Assembly (NCBI GenBank): GCA_040386535.1
Contig: JAZKFH010000042.1
Span: forward strand, 1-64,000
Source of the DNA: Myxococcota bacterium
Lineage (GTDB): Bacteria > Myxococcota_A > UBA796 > SXON01
DNA length: 64,000 nucleotides
Reading direction: 5' to 3'
The translations under genes were made by a program, and so were the position numbers. Below are positions 10,756-20,041 of this stretch, piece by piece (within the stretch, counting starts at the first letter, position 1; every line of letters starts with the position of its first letter). The notes beneath the pieces were generated by a model that worked only from the letters and a program-made list of their open reading frames with translations, did not search any database and was not told the DNA's origin.

Positions 10756-11484
10756 ATGATTCTGCTCTTCGCCGCCCTCCCCGCCCTCGCCTCCACCCCC
10801 GACGGGGAGCCCCCCGCCGTCGAAGCCGTCTGTGACGACTACAGCGGCGCCGCCTACGGCACCTGCGTGGCCTACTGCGAGGCGACCGACTGCGACGCCG
10901 ACCCGCACGCCTCCGAGAAGGCGTGTGATCGCCTCTACGACCGCTTCGTCGACCTGACCGGCGAGGAGCCCCCCTGTCTGGTCACGGACTACGCCATCGA
11001 CCTCGTCTACTCGGGCGACGACATCATCACCGAGATCTACGTCGACGGCGCCGCCCTCGCGGACGACGGGAGCCACCTGGGCTGGGCCCTGGAGAGCTTC
11101 CAGAGCCTGACCCTGTCCTCGGGCACCCACACGATCGCCGTGCGCATCGACGACATCGCGCGCGGCCTCGCCGGCTTCCGCATGGAGGTGAGCGTGGACG
11201 GGGTGGAGACGTGGGTCACGGGCGACGCCGACTGGAAGGTCAGCGACAACGCGCCGGTGGGGGCCTGGAACGACCTGGCCTACGACGACTCCACCTGGGC
11301 GACGCCCATCGTGTGCCCGAACGGCTGGGGCTCCCCGGCGGACCTCGCCACCTTGAACGCGGGCAGCTCCCTCTGGGTGTGGGACGACCTCACGTCCGGC
11401 GGCTGCCGTCCCTTCGACCAGGCGGGCAGCGTCCTCAGCGTGGACCCGACCAGTTGGTTCCGCCTGACGTTCACGCTGCCGTAG
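10756..11484 (+). CDS. Secreted protein: Cys-rich N-terminal module plus galactose-binding/lectin-like beta-sandwich
   Basis: AGGAG RBS, short signal peptide, six-Cys module, GDD..IYVDG / WVTGDADWK / YDDSTW pattern. Confidence 0.65.
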   Translation: MILLFAALPALASTPDGEPPAVEAVCDDYSGAAYGTCVAYCEATDCDADPHASEKACDRLYDRFVDLTGEEPPCLVTDYAIDLVYSGDDIITEIYVDGAALADDGSHLGWALESFQSLTLSSGTHTIAVRIDDIARGLAGFRMEVSVDGVETWVTGDADWKVSDNAPVGAWNDLAYDDSTWATPIVCPNGWGSPADLATLNAGSSLWVWDDLTSGGCRPFDQAGSVLSVDPTSWFRLTFTLP

Positions 11485-11579
11485 CGGACGCTGTCTGGGG
11501 GTTGGGTCGCATAAGAGCTCGGGTGTTGCGCAGGCTCGCTCGGAACGGGTATCTGCCCGGCGTTCCCCATCGAGCCCGT

Positions 11580-13340
11580 TTGAGCCTGCACCTCCTCGTC
11601 CTCTTCGCCTGCACCGGCCCCACGCCGCCCAAGGACGACGTCGAGGCGGAGACCGGGACGGACTCTGTGCCCGTCGAGGCCGACGCAGACGGAGACGGCT
11701 ACGGGCCCGACGAGGACTGTGACGAGGCCCGGGCGGACGTCCACCCGGGCGCCGTCGAGTACTGCGACGACGCCGACAACGACTGTGACGGCCTCGTGGA
11801 CGACGCCGACGACGATCTGCGGGCGACCCCGGGGACCACCTGGTACGCCGACGCCGACGCCGACGGCTTCGGCAGCGCCGCGGAGACCGCGTGCGTGCAG
11901 CCCGGGGGCACCTCCGCCGCGGGTGACGACTGTGACGACGCGAACCCCGCGGTCTACCCGCGCGCGGTCGAGGCCTGCAACACGATCGACGACAACTGTG
12001 ACGGCGTTGTCGACGAGGCGTGCGAGCTCACGGGCATCGTGGGCGTCGTCGAGGCGAACGCCACGCTCCACTGCCGCAACGAAGGGGCCAACGCCGGGTT
12101 TGACCTCGTCCCGGCCGCGGACCTCACGACCGGGAGCGGGGTGGATCTCGTCGTGCGGTGCGACCAGTGGGCGGAGACCGAGTCCTACCTGCCCGCTCGG
12201 CTGTTCGTCGTCGACGCCTCCGTCCGCGGCGAGGTCGTGCTCGACGAGGACGCGACGTTCGTGGCGAACGGGGAGTCGGGGGACGAGACGTTCGGCCACT
12301 CGTTCGCGACGGCGGAGCTCACTGGGGACGGGCAGGAGGACCTCGTGGTCGTCTCCAGCCAGCTCGGGCAGGTGTCCGTGTACGCCGGTCCGCTCGCCGG
12401 GGAGGCCGGCCCGGCCGACGCCGCCCGCGTCATCGACCTGTACGTCTACACCCCCGACATCAACGGCTACGTGGCGCGCGCCGGCGACCTCGACGGGGAC
12501 GGCGGGGTCGACCTCCTCCTCGGAACGCTCGGCGAGAACAGCGTGGACACCTGGTGGGCGTACCTCGGAGAGGTGTACGTCGTCCCCGGCGGGCGGCCCG
12601 ACGTCGCGCTCGCGGACATGACGGTCGTCCGCGGGACCGAAGGCGCCAGCGTCGGAGTAGCGCAGGGCGCCCCCGGAGACCTCGACGGGGACGGCGTCGC
12701 CGACCTGCTCCTCGGATCCTCCATGAGCTACTCCGGCGGCGGGAGCGCCTTCGTCTTTTACGGCCCCGTCACGGGCACCCTGTCCCCCGCCGAGGCGGAC
12801 GCCGCGATGACGATGTTCGGCGGGCCGACCGTCGTGACGAGCGCCGGGGACACCAACGGAGACGGCGCCGTCGACCTGGCGTTCGGCGCCCCCTACGTCG
12901 GCGAGGCCGAAGGCATGGCCTACGTCGTCGACACGCGGCCGTCCGGCGCCGTTGCGGTCGAGGACATCGCCGTCGGGAGCCTGTCCGGCGCCGGCCACCT
13001 CCGCGCCGTGCTGGGGGACGCCGTGGACGGCGCCGGGGACGTGGACGGCGATGGCCGGGACGACCTGCTCGTCGGCGCGAGCGGCTTCGGCATGGGCGAG
13101 TTCGTGCAGCCCGGCGCCGCCTTCCTCCTCTACGGACCGCTCTCCGGCAGCACCCTCGCGGTCGACGCCGACACGCGTTTCGCCAGCGAAGCCGACAAGG
13201 AGTTCACGGGCTACGCGGTGCGCGGCGCCGGCGACGTCGACGCGGACGGCTTCGCCGACATGCTGGTCGGCTCACCGGGCTACTCGCTGTACGGCTACGA
13301 GACCGGGGGCGTGTTCCTGTTCCTGGGCCGGGAGCGCTGA
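11580..13340 (+). CDS. Lipoprotein with putative metal-binding repeats and FG-GAP (integrin-alpha-like) beta-propeller
   Basis: LFAC lipobox; GDLDGDG..DLL.G repeats; TTG start inferred. Confidence 0.85.
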   Translation: MSLHLLVLFACTGPTPPKDDVEAETGTDSVPVEADADGDGYGPDEDCDEARADVHPGAVEYCDDADNDCDGLVDDADDDLRATPGTTWYADADADGFGSAAETACVQPGGTSAAGDDCDDANPAVYPRAVEACNTIDDNCDGVVDEACELTGIVGVVEANATLHCRNEGANAGFDLVPAADLTTGSGVDLVVRCDQWAETESYLPARLFVVDASVRGEVVLDEDATFVANGESGDETFGHSFATAELTGDGQEDLVVVSSQLGQVSVYAGPLAGEAGPADAARVIDLYVYTPDINGYVARAGDLDGDGGVDLLLGTLGENSVDTWWAYLGEVYVVPGGRPDVALADMTVVRGTEGASVGVAQGAPGDLDGDGVADLLLGSSMSYSGGGSAFVFYGPVTGTLSPAEADAAMTMFGGPTVVTSAGDTNGDGAVDLAFGAPYVGEAEGMAYVVDTRPSGAVAVEDIAVGSLSGAGHLRAVLGDAVDGAGDVDGDGRDDLLVGASGFGMGEFVQPGAAFLLYGPLSGSTLAVDADTRFASEADKEFTGYAVRGAGDVDADGFADMLVGSPGYSLYGYETGGVFLFLGRER

Positions 13341-13382
13341 AGCCCCGCTACGGCCGATCGGCGGGCAGCGCCAGAAGACAGC

Positions 13383-13754
13383 CTAGGCGGCTTTCGCCTC
13401 GGCTCGCAGCCACAGGCAATAACCGAGCGACACCGCCATCCCCACCGCGACCGAGCCGGTCCCCACCGTCGAGGCGACCGGGATCGGGGCAAACGCCCAC
13501 AGTGCGGCATAGACGAGCCCGCTCAGCACCATGGCCCAGCCCGCCACCCGCGTGACCTGGGCGGCGCACGCGCTGGGCGCCACGGCCTTGGGCGCTCGGT
13601 TGCCGTAGTAGGCGATCATGAGCCCATTCATGGCGACCACCCGTACAGTCGTTTCCTCGTCGATATAGCCCTGCGTCTTCGCGAAGCTCGCGCCGAGCGC
13701 CACAGCGATCATGCTGCCGGCCCACGCGAGAGCGACAATCATCTCCTTCTTCAT
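13383..13754 (-). CDS. Small multi-TM membrane protein, SdpI-like
   Basis: About 4 hydrophobic helices, YYGNxxPK motif; ATGA overlap with the upstream ArsR gene. Confidence 0.65.
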   Translation of the reverse strand: MKKEMIVALAWAGSMIAVALGASFAKTQGYIDEETTVRVVAMNGLMIAYYGNRAPKAVAPSACAAQVTRVAGWAMVLSGLVYAALWAFAPIPVASTVGTGSVAVGMAVSLGYCLWLRAEAKAA

Positions 13755-14047
13755 CGTGCAGTCTCCTTCTTGGGCTCCGGCGCCGGTGCGCCCAGGCCGA
13801 ACGAATGGGCGAAGCCCAGCAGCGCCTCTTCCAGCACCGAGAGCTTCAGGTGATAGATCACGGACTTGCCGGCCTTCTCGGCGTGCACCAGGTCGGCCTC
13901 CTTCAGCACCGAGAAGTGCGCCGACATGGTGGGCTTGGAGACCTCGAACTGATCGCTGAGGTCACCGGCGCTCATCGGCCCCTTGCGCAGGAGCTGCAGC
14001 ACGCGCCGCCGCGTCGGATCGGCGAGGGCTTTGAAGACCTGACTCAT
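13751..14047 (-). CDS. ArsR/SmtB-family autorepressor, SdpR-like
   Basis: FKALADPTRRRVLQLL, wHTH SKPTMSAHFSVLKEADLV; no metal-binding Cys. Confidence 0.9.
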   Translation of the reverse strand: MSQVFKALADPTRRRVLQLLRKGPMSAGDLSDQFEVSKPTMSAHFSVLKEADLVHAEKAGKSVIYHLKLSVLEEALLGFAHSFGLGAPAPEPKKETAR

Positions 14048-14049
14048 AA

Positions 14050-14083
14050 TTCGATATTTAGCTAATCATCGAAATGATGTCAA
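14050..14083 (-). promoter_or_regulatory. Sigma70-type promoter overlapped by a palindromic ArsR operator (probably leaderless)
   Basis: Minus strand TTGACA(14083-14078)-N17-TAAATA, 7 nt before ATG; palindrome TTCGAT-at-TTAGCTAA-tc-ATCGAA at 14050-14073. Confidence 0.75.
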
Positions 14084-14292
14084 GGGCCCTCGGCGAACTC
14101 CACCGCCGTGGATGCGGCCCTCGTCCATGCGTCCCGACCTCGCCGGTGGATGGCGCGTCGGCTGCGCCGACCGGGTGCTATCGGACGGCGCGGACGCCGC
14201 CCGACGGAGCCCGGCCCGAGCGCCGGTCTCCGCCCTTCGGGTGACGCCCCCTCGCGCGTGCCCGCTCGGCTTTCGAAAAAGATCACCCCCCC

Positions 14293-14323
14293 TGTCAGAC
14301 GCACCCTCCTCCCCGCGAACACC
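14293..14323 (+). promoter_or_regulatory. Putative ECF-sigma promoter TGTCAGA-N16-CGAACACC (copy 1)
   Basis: Both boxes and the spacing match the copy at 20042-20072; upstream A/T tract. Confidence 0.65.
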
Positions 14324-14397
14324 CAATCGAGCGGCCGGTTCGGCCGCCGCCGTCGAGCCCGCCTCGATTGGAACCAAACGTCCAACGGGAGATCCCA

Positions 14398-15093
14398 ATG
14401 TCTCTGCACGCCCGTGCCTTGTCTTCGTTCAAGCTGCTCGCGGTCCTCGCCACCTTCGGGGCCTGGAGCGCGCCCGCCATGGCCCAGGAGGAGTGTGTGG
14501 TCCCCGGGGTGGCCGACGAGGAGTTCTGCGTGGAGGAAGTGCACGCCTTCGCCCGCTACGTCGAGGGCACCACCCCGCAGCAGAAGGAGGCGCTGCGTGT
14601 GATCCTCGGCCGCGCGCAGGGCCGCATCGACGCTGCTGGGAGCACGATCACCGCGACCCAGCTCCACGGGATCGTCCGTGACGTCGTCGTCGACATGCGT
14701 GCCCACCTCGGTGACACCTTCACCCAGGAGTTCCTCGCCCACGACGTGATGGGCCCCATCCGCTCGGCTCCGATGTACAACAACTCCCAGGCTTGGCTCG
14801 ACCACGCCGCCACGCTCGAGATCTCCCACGTCCTGCTCGATCAGGAGGACACCTCCGGGAACGAGCAGGCCAGCAGCGCCGGCTCCGTCATGAAGTTCGG
14901 CTTCGCGGTCGTGGGCGCGGTCGCGGGCGCCCCCCTCGGCCCCGAGGGCGTCGCGGCCGGGGCGGCCGTTGGGGCCGTGTTCGGCAGCTACCTGGCGGAC
15001 GGCCTCGGCATGAACGAGGAGCCCGGTGAGGGCGAGGAGGGCGAGGGCGGCGAGGGCGAGGAAGGTGGCGGCGAAGGCGACTCCGGCAACTAG
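14398..15093 (+). CDS. Secreted glycine-zipper precursor protein A with acidic Glu-Gly tail
   Basis: Signal peptide (…APAMA), helical pro-region, GxxxG hairpin AVVGAVAGAPLGPEGVAAGAAVGAVFG, tail EGEEGEGG. Confidence 0.8.
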   Translation: MSLHARALSSFKLLAVLATFGAWSAPAMAQEECVVPGVADEEFCVEEVHAFARYVEGTTPQQKEALRVILGRAQGRIDAAGSTITATQLHGIVRDVVVDMRAHLGDTFTQEFLAHDVMGPIRSAPMYNNSQAWLDHAATLEISHVLLDQEDTSGNEQASSAGSVMKFGFAVVGAVAGAPLGPEGVAAGAAVGAVFGSYLADGLGMNEEPGEGEEGEGGEGEEGGGEGDSGN

Positions 15094-15122
15094 ACACCCA
15101 TCACCAACTAGACACGAATCAC
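15087..15122 (+). repeat. 18-bp tandem direct repeat between the glycine-zipper genes
   Basis: CAACTAGACACCCATCAC / CAACTAGACACGAATCAC. Confidence 0.8.
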
Positions 15123-15150
15123 CGACCAACTCTACTTGGAGACAATCCCC

Positions 15151-15849
15151 ATGTTCACACAGCTCCTCTCGCGCCGCCCCGCGGCCGCTCTCGTCCTCGT
15201 CGCCACGCTCGCCCCCCTGGGCACGGCCTCGGCGAGCACCCTCCCCCCCACCGACACCCCCGCGCAGCAGGCCGCGCTCGAGGACCTCGTCCAGGTGATC
15301 GACGTCGCCTGGGCGCAGGACCCCGCGGACCGCGACGCCATCCGCGCGGTGTTCCGCCACGTGGGCGACGGGCTCCTCCTCGCCATCGAGGAGGACGAGC
15401 TCACCCTCACCCAGATGCACACCGCCTCGCGCCGCCTCGCGGGGGACCTGCGCGCCGCCGTGGGCGACGACATCACGCGCACCCTGCTCGCGGAGCCCGC
15501 GCTCGCGCCCATCCGCCTCGCGGTGATCAACGACAATCCGGGCGACTGGTACGACGCGGTCGATCATCTCCCGGGCAACGCGCTCGTGGCGATCGACCTC
15601 GACGGGTGGAGCAACGACACGCCCGAAACCGAATCCGCCATGAGCGGCGCGTCGCTCGGCGGGGCCATCGGCACGCTGGTCGGCGCGATCGTGGGCGGGA
15701 TCCTCGGCTCCCCCGAGGCCACGATCCCCGGGGCGGCGGCCGGCGCGGTGATCGGGGGCGCCGCGGGAGAGGCGGTCGGCGGCATGGTCGACGAGTACAA
15801 CGAAGGCGAGGGCGAAGAAGAGGGCGAGGGCGAAGAAGAGGGCGAGTAG
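15151..15849 (+). CDS. Secreted glycine-zipper precursor protein B with acidic tail (paralog of A)
   Basis: Signal peptide (…TASA), GASLGGAIGTLVGAIVGGILGSPEATIPGAAAGAVIGGAAG, tail EGEGEEEGEGEEEGE; GGAG RBS. Confidence 0.8.
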   Translation: MFTQLLSRRPAAALVLVATLAPLGTASASTLPPTDTPAQQAALEDLVQVIDVAWAQDPADRDAIRAVFRHVGDGLLLAIEEDELTLTQMHTASRRLAGDLRAAVGDDITRTLLAEPALAPIRLAVINDNPGDWYDAVDHLPGNALVAIDLDGWSNDTPETESAMSGASLGGAIGTLVGAIVGGILGSPEATIPGAAAGAVIGGAAGEAVGGMVDEYNEGEGEEEGEGEEEGE

Positions 15850-15859
15850 CCGGCGCCCC

Positions 15860-15888
15860 GGGCGCGCCGTCCCCGCGGCGGCGCGCCC
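15860..15888 (+). terminator. GC-rich hairpin after glycine-zipper gene B (possible terminator or stabiliser)
   Basis: 10-bp perfect stem GGGCGCGCCG/CGGCGCGCCC; no U-tract. Confidence 0.4.
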
Positions 15889-16009
15889 CGGTCCCCTCGG
15901 GCCCCACCCCCTCCGGAGGCCTTGGATGAACCCCGGTGTCGAAACGGCGTGGAGGCCGCGGCTGGCTTCTCGACCCGATCCGGGTCAGGCTCCGCCGCGG
16001 AGGAGCCCG

Positions 16010-16657
16010 ATGACCGCCCCACACCCGGACGTGCACCTGCGGGACGCGGCGCTTTCGGGCGCCCCCGCGGCGGCACGCGCGCTGGTGGGCCGGCTGATCC
16101 CCATCATCCAGGCCCGCGTCGGGCGCTGCCTCGCGCGCCACGGCCGGCCGGAGCTGCGGCGGAACGTCCGGGAGGAGGTCATGGACCTCACCCAGGAGGT
16201 GCTGCTCTCGCTCTTCGCGAACGAAGGGCGGGCGCTCCGTGCCTGGAACCCCGAGCGCGGGCTCTCCCTCGACAACTTCATCGGCATGGTCGCGCAGCGC
16301 CAGGCCCTCTCGCTCCTCCGCACCCAGCGCAACAGCCCCTGGATGGAGGAGCCCATCGAGGACCTCGGCGCCGAGCTGCCGGACGCCGAGGGCCCGGAGG
16401 CGCGGGTGGCCTCGCGCCAGGTGCTGGAGCGGCTGCTCCTCGACCTGGAAGCCGAGCTGAGCCCGCTCGGGCTCGAGCTCTTCGAGCTCCTCGTCGTGCA
16501 GGAGCTCGACGCCGCGGAGGTGGTCGAGCGCACCGGGCTGTCCCGCGACGCCGTGTACGCGTGGCGGAGCCGGCTCGGCAAACTGGTGCGGCAGCGAGCC
16601 GAGGCGCTCGCCGCCGCGGAAGAGTCCGGCGCGGCCCGGGCGGGAGTGAAGTCATGA
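16010..16657 (+). CDS. ECF (sigma-70 family) RNA polymerase sigma factor
   Basis: Region 2 DLTQEVLLSLF, region 4 HTH ...TGLSRDAVYAWRSRL; AGGAG RBS. Confidence 0.88.
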   Translation: MTAPHPDVHLRDAALSGAPAAARALVGRLIPIIQARVGRCLARHGRPELRRNVREEVMDLTQEVLLSLFANEGRALRAWNPERGLSLDNFIGMVAQRQALSLLRTQRNSPWMEEPIEDLGAELPDAEGPEARVASRQVLERLLLDLEAELSPLGLELFELLVVQELDAAEVVERTGLSRDAVYAWRSRLGKLVRQRAEALAAAEESGAARAGVKS

Positions 16658-17406
16658 GCGACGAGCCGATCGACGAGCTGGCCCGCCTCGCGCGGGAGCG
16701 CCGGGGCCGCGTGGACCCCCGCTGGGACGCGCTCACCCGTGGCGAGCTCGGCGAGGCCGAGCGGGCCGCGCTCCTCGCGGAAGACGACGCCGCGCGTTTG
16801 GCGCCCCTGTTCGAGCCCCTCGGCGACGCCTTCGCCGACGCGATGACCGCGCGGCTGCTCGGCGGCGCCCCGGCGGCGCGCATCGACGAGGCGCCCCCCG
16901 ACGTGGTCCCGCTGCGCGCCCCCGCCGCGGAGCCCGCTCCCCGGCCCCCTCCGCGCCTCCGCCCCTGGATGCGCGTCGCCGCCCCGCTGCTCGCCCTCGC
17001 GGCCGCGGCGCTCCTCACCGTGAGTTTGCGGGACCCCGATGGCGTGCCCGACCCGCTCCCCGCCTACGCCCTGGAGGTGCAGGGCGGGGACCGCGCGCTG
17101 CGCGCCGGGGAGGCGCCCGTCGCCGACGTGCTCCGCCTTTCGCCCGGGAGCCGCGTGACCGTGGTGGCCCGGCCGGAACGGGACGTGGTCTCCCCGGTGA
17201 CCGCCGAGGCCCGCGTCGTCCCGCGCGCGGGCAACCCCGTCCCTTGGAGCGGCGGCCTCGAGGTGTCGCCCGCCGGCGCCGTGCGGCTCGCCGGCACGAT
17301 CGGGAGCGACCTCCACCTCCCGCCCGGCGAGGCCGTCATCGAGCTCTCCGTGCGCGCGGGAGGGGCGGAGCGGGTCCTCACGGTGCCGATCGTCGTGGTG
17401 GATTGA
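16654..17406 (+). CDS. Putative single-pass anti-sigma factor with extracytoplasmic beta domain
   Basis: ATGA overlap with the sigma gene; N-terminal helical domain (WDALTRGEL), one TM helix, C-terminal beta-rich domain. Confidence 0.75.
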   Translation: MSDEPIDELARLARERRGRVDPRWDALTRGELGEAERAALLAEDDAARLAPLFEPLGDAFADAMTARLLGGAPAARIDEAPPDVVPLRAPAAEPAPRPPPRLRPWMRVAAPLLALAAAALLTVSLRDPDGVPDPLPAYALEVQGGDRALRAGEAPVADVLRLSPGSRVTVVARPERDVVSPVTAEARVVPRAGNPVPWSGGLEVSPAGAVRLAGTIGSDLHLPPGEAVIELSVRAGGAERVLTVPIVVVD

Positions 17407-20024
17407 TCGGGGCCGCGATCACGTGGCTCGTGGCGTGCGGGGGGCCGGCCCCGGCGCTTCTCCCCGTGGAGTACGCCGGCTGCGTCGACACGACGGAGGG
17501 GTGCGAGCTCGCGCCGGGCGAACCCCTGCGCCTGTGGGCCCCGAGCCCGGGCGCCACGGCCTGGATCGACGGCCGGCCGCTCGACACCCACGCCGAGGCG
17601 ACTGAGGGGGGCACGCGCCTCCGGTGGGACGCGCCCACCGCGGGTGTCCTCACCGTGAGGGACGACGCGCGCACGTTCGCGCTGCGCCTCCGGGAGCCCC
17701 GGCCCCGCCCGTGGGAGGAGCCGCTCCGCGCGCTCGCCCGCGACGGCGAGACCGCCGCGTGCCGCGAGGCCGGCCTCGCGCACCTCGCCGCCGCGACCCC
17801 CGCCGATCGGGGCGCCGTGCTCTGGGCGCTCGCCGGCTGTGACCTCCGCGGCGGCGACCGCGCGGCCGCCGTGGCGCGCATGACCGACGCCGCCCGCGCC
17901 TTCGACGCCGCGGGGCGCACGTTCGAGGCGGCCCGCGCGCGCTGCGCGTTGAGCTCGGTGCTCTTCGGCGCGGAAGGCGCCCTCGGCGACGTGCGGGCGC
18001 TCCTCGCGGAGGTCCCCGACGAGAGCCCGAACGCCACGCTCGCAGGGGGCGCGGCCTGGCACCGGGCCCTCCTCGAGCGCCGCTCCGGCGACTACCGCGC
18101 GGCGATCGCCTTCCTGGACACCGCGCACGCGATCGCTGCCCGGGTCGGCCTCGACCGGGAGCGCATCCTCGCCCTGGAGCAACGCGCGGTCGTCGACGCG
18201 GAGCTCGGGCACCTCGACGCCGCGGTCCGCACCCAGCGCGCGCTCGCCACGGCCACCCCCTTCGACCCCGCCGACTGCGCCCAGGGCGCCCGCGCCGCGG
18301 CGAGAAGTACGACGCTCGCGTGGTTCCTCCTCCTCCAGGCGCGGGACCGCGGTCGCGCCCCCGACGCCGACGTCGTCCCCCTCCTCGAGCGGTCCGGCGA
18401 GGTCCACCGCGCGTGCGGCCACGCGGCCCGCGAGATCGCCAACGTGGAGGTCAACCTGGCGCTCGCGGCCTGGCTCGCGGGGGACACGCCCGCGATGCGC
18501 GCCCACCTCGCGGCCGCGCGCGTGGCGCAGCCGGAGCCGGACCCGCTCTACGCGGCGTGGTCGGCGGAGCTCGAAGGACGGCTGGCTCTCGCGGACGGGC
18601 GGCTCGTCGATGCCGAGGCGTCGTTCGATCGCGCGGTCGAGGTCGCCCGGCTCCGCGGCGCGCCGGACGCGCTTGCGCAGGCCCTCGCCGGACGCGCAGA
18701 GGTGCGCTGGAGCCGCGGCGCGTCCGACGCGGCCCTCGTGGACCTCGCGGCCGCCCACGAGGCGCTGTGGGACGGCACCGAGTTCATCCCGCTCGACGCC
18801 GGGGCCGCCGCGTTCCTGTCGACCCGGCGCGCGATGACCGAGCAGTACGTGGCGGCGCTCCTCGACCTCGGGCGGGCGGCCGAGGCCATGGACGTTGTCC
18901 GCGCGGCCCGCTCGCACCTCCTGCGGGCGGGCCACGTGCGCGCGCGGGTCGAGACCCTGGAGCCCGGCGACCGCGCGCGGTGGGACGCGGCCGTCTCGCG
19001 CTACCGCGCCGTGCGCGCCGAGCGGGAAGCCGCCGCGGCCGACGCCTGGAGCCTGTCCGCCGCGGAGCTGGCCGCCCGCGCGGCCACCGCCCGCGCCCGG
19101 GATGTCGAGGCCGATCACGCGCTCGACGCCGCGATGGCGACCCTCGGCCGCGCCGTCCCCCCGTCCGCGCGCGCCGCGACCCGCCTCGACGACCTCGTCC
19201 TCACCTGGTTCCCCCTCCGCGGGCGCTGGGTCGCCTTCGCCGCGATGGGCGACGACGTGGACGTGGCGCGTGTAGGCGCGCTCCCGACCGACGCCGAGGG
19301 GCTCGGCCGGGCGCTGCTGTCCCCGTTCTCCGACGCGCTCGCGCGCGCCACCCGCGTGGTCGTCCTGCCCTGGGGGGACGTACGCGCGGTCGACCTCCAC
19401 GCGCTCTCCTTCCGGGGCGCGCCCCTCCTCGCGCACCTGCCGGTCGTCTACTCGCTCGACATCGGCGCGCCGCCCGACGAGGCCGCCGGCCCGCCCCTCG
19501 TCGTGGCCGACCCCACCGGCGACCTCCCCGGCGCTCGGGCCGAGGCGGAGCTCGTTCGCGCCGCGCGCCCGGACGCGCGGGTGTTGCTCGGCGGGGCCGC
19601 CGGACGCGCCGGCGTGCTCGCAGCGCTCGGAGAGGCCGGCTCGCTCCACTACGCGGGTCACGCCACGTTCCGGGAAGGGGACGCCTGGGCCGCCGGCCTG
19701 TCGCTCGCCGACGGGGTGCTGCGTGTGGGGGACGTGCTGGCCTTGCCCCGCGTCCCGTCGAACGTCGTGCTCTCCGCGTGCGAGACCGGCCGCACCGCAG
19801 CGGAGAGCGTCGAGACGTGGGGGCTCGCGCAAGCGTTCGTCGCCGGCGGCGCGGCCGCCGTGGTCGCCACGAGCCGCCCCGTCGCCGACCGGGCGGGCAC
19901 GCGGCTGGCGGCCGTCCTCTATGGTGGGGAGGCGTCGCTCCCGGAGGCCACGCGGGCGGCGCAGCTCGCTCTGCTGGCCGAGGGCTCACCGGACTGGAGC
20001 GCCTTCCGGGTCTGGGTGCCGTGA
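17403..20024 (+). CDS. TPR-CHAT (caspase-like, clan CD) protease with lipoprotein-like signal
   Basis: TTGA overlap; MIGAAITWLVAC lipobox; Ala-rich TPR-like helices; LHYAGHA and VVLSACETG His/Cys dyad. Confidence 0.88.
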   Translation: MIGAAITWLVACGGPAPALLPVEYAGCVDTTEGCELAPGEPLRLWAPSPGATAWIDGRPLDTHAEATEGGTRLRWDAPTAGVLTVRDDARTFALRLREPRPRPWEEPLRALARDGETAACREAGLAHLAAATPADRGAVLWALAGCDLRGGDRAAAVARMTDAARAFDAAGRTFEAARARCALSSVLFGAEGALGDVRALLAEVPDESPNATLAGGAAWHRALLERRSGDYRAAIAFLDTAHAIAARVGLDRERILALEQRAVVDAELGHLDAAVRTQRALATATPFDPADCAQGARAAARSTTLAWFLLLQARDRGRAPDADVVPLLERSGEVHRACGHAAREIANVEVNLALAAWLAGDTPAMRAHLAAARVAQPEPDPLYAAWSAELEGRLALADGRLVDAEASFDRAVEVARLRGAPDALAQALAGRAEVRWSRGASDAALVDLAAAHEALWDGTEFIPLDAGAAAFLSTRRAMTEQYVAALLDLGRAAEAMDVVRAARSHLLRAGHVRARVETLEPGDRARWDAAVSRYRAVRAEREAAAADAWSLSAAELAARAATARARDVEADHALDAAMATLGRAVPPSARAATRLDDLVLTWFPLRGRWVAFAAMGDDVDVARVGALPTDAEGLGRALLSPFSDALARATRVVVLPWGDVRAVDLHALSFRGAPLLAHLPVVYSLDIGAPPDEAAGPPLVVADPTGDLPGARAEAELVRAARPDARVLLGGAAGRAGVLAALGEAGSLHYAGHATFREGDAWAAGLSLADGVLRVGDVLALPRVPSNVVLSACETGRTAAESVETWGLAQAFVAGGAAAVVATSRPVADRAGTRLAAVLYGGEASLPEATRAAQLALLAEGSPDWSAFRVWVP

Positions 20025-20041
20025 CTTTTTTCGCTCGGCTG

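Noticed and set aside
17403..20024. Gasdermin or type III-E (Craspase) locus
   Set aside because: No gasdermin-like, Cas7-11 or CRISPR sequence recognised in the window
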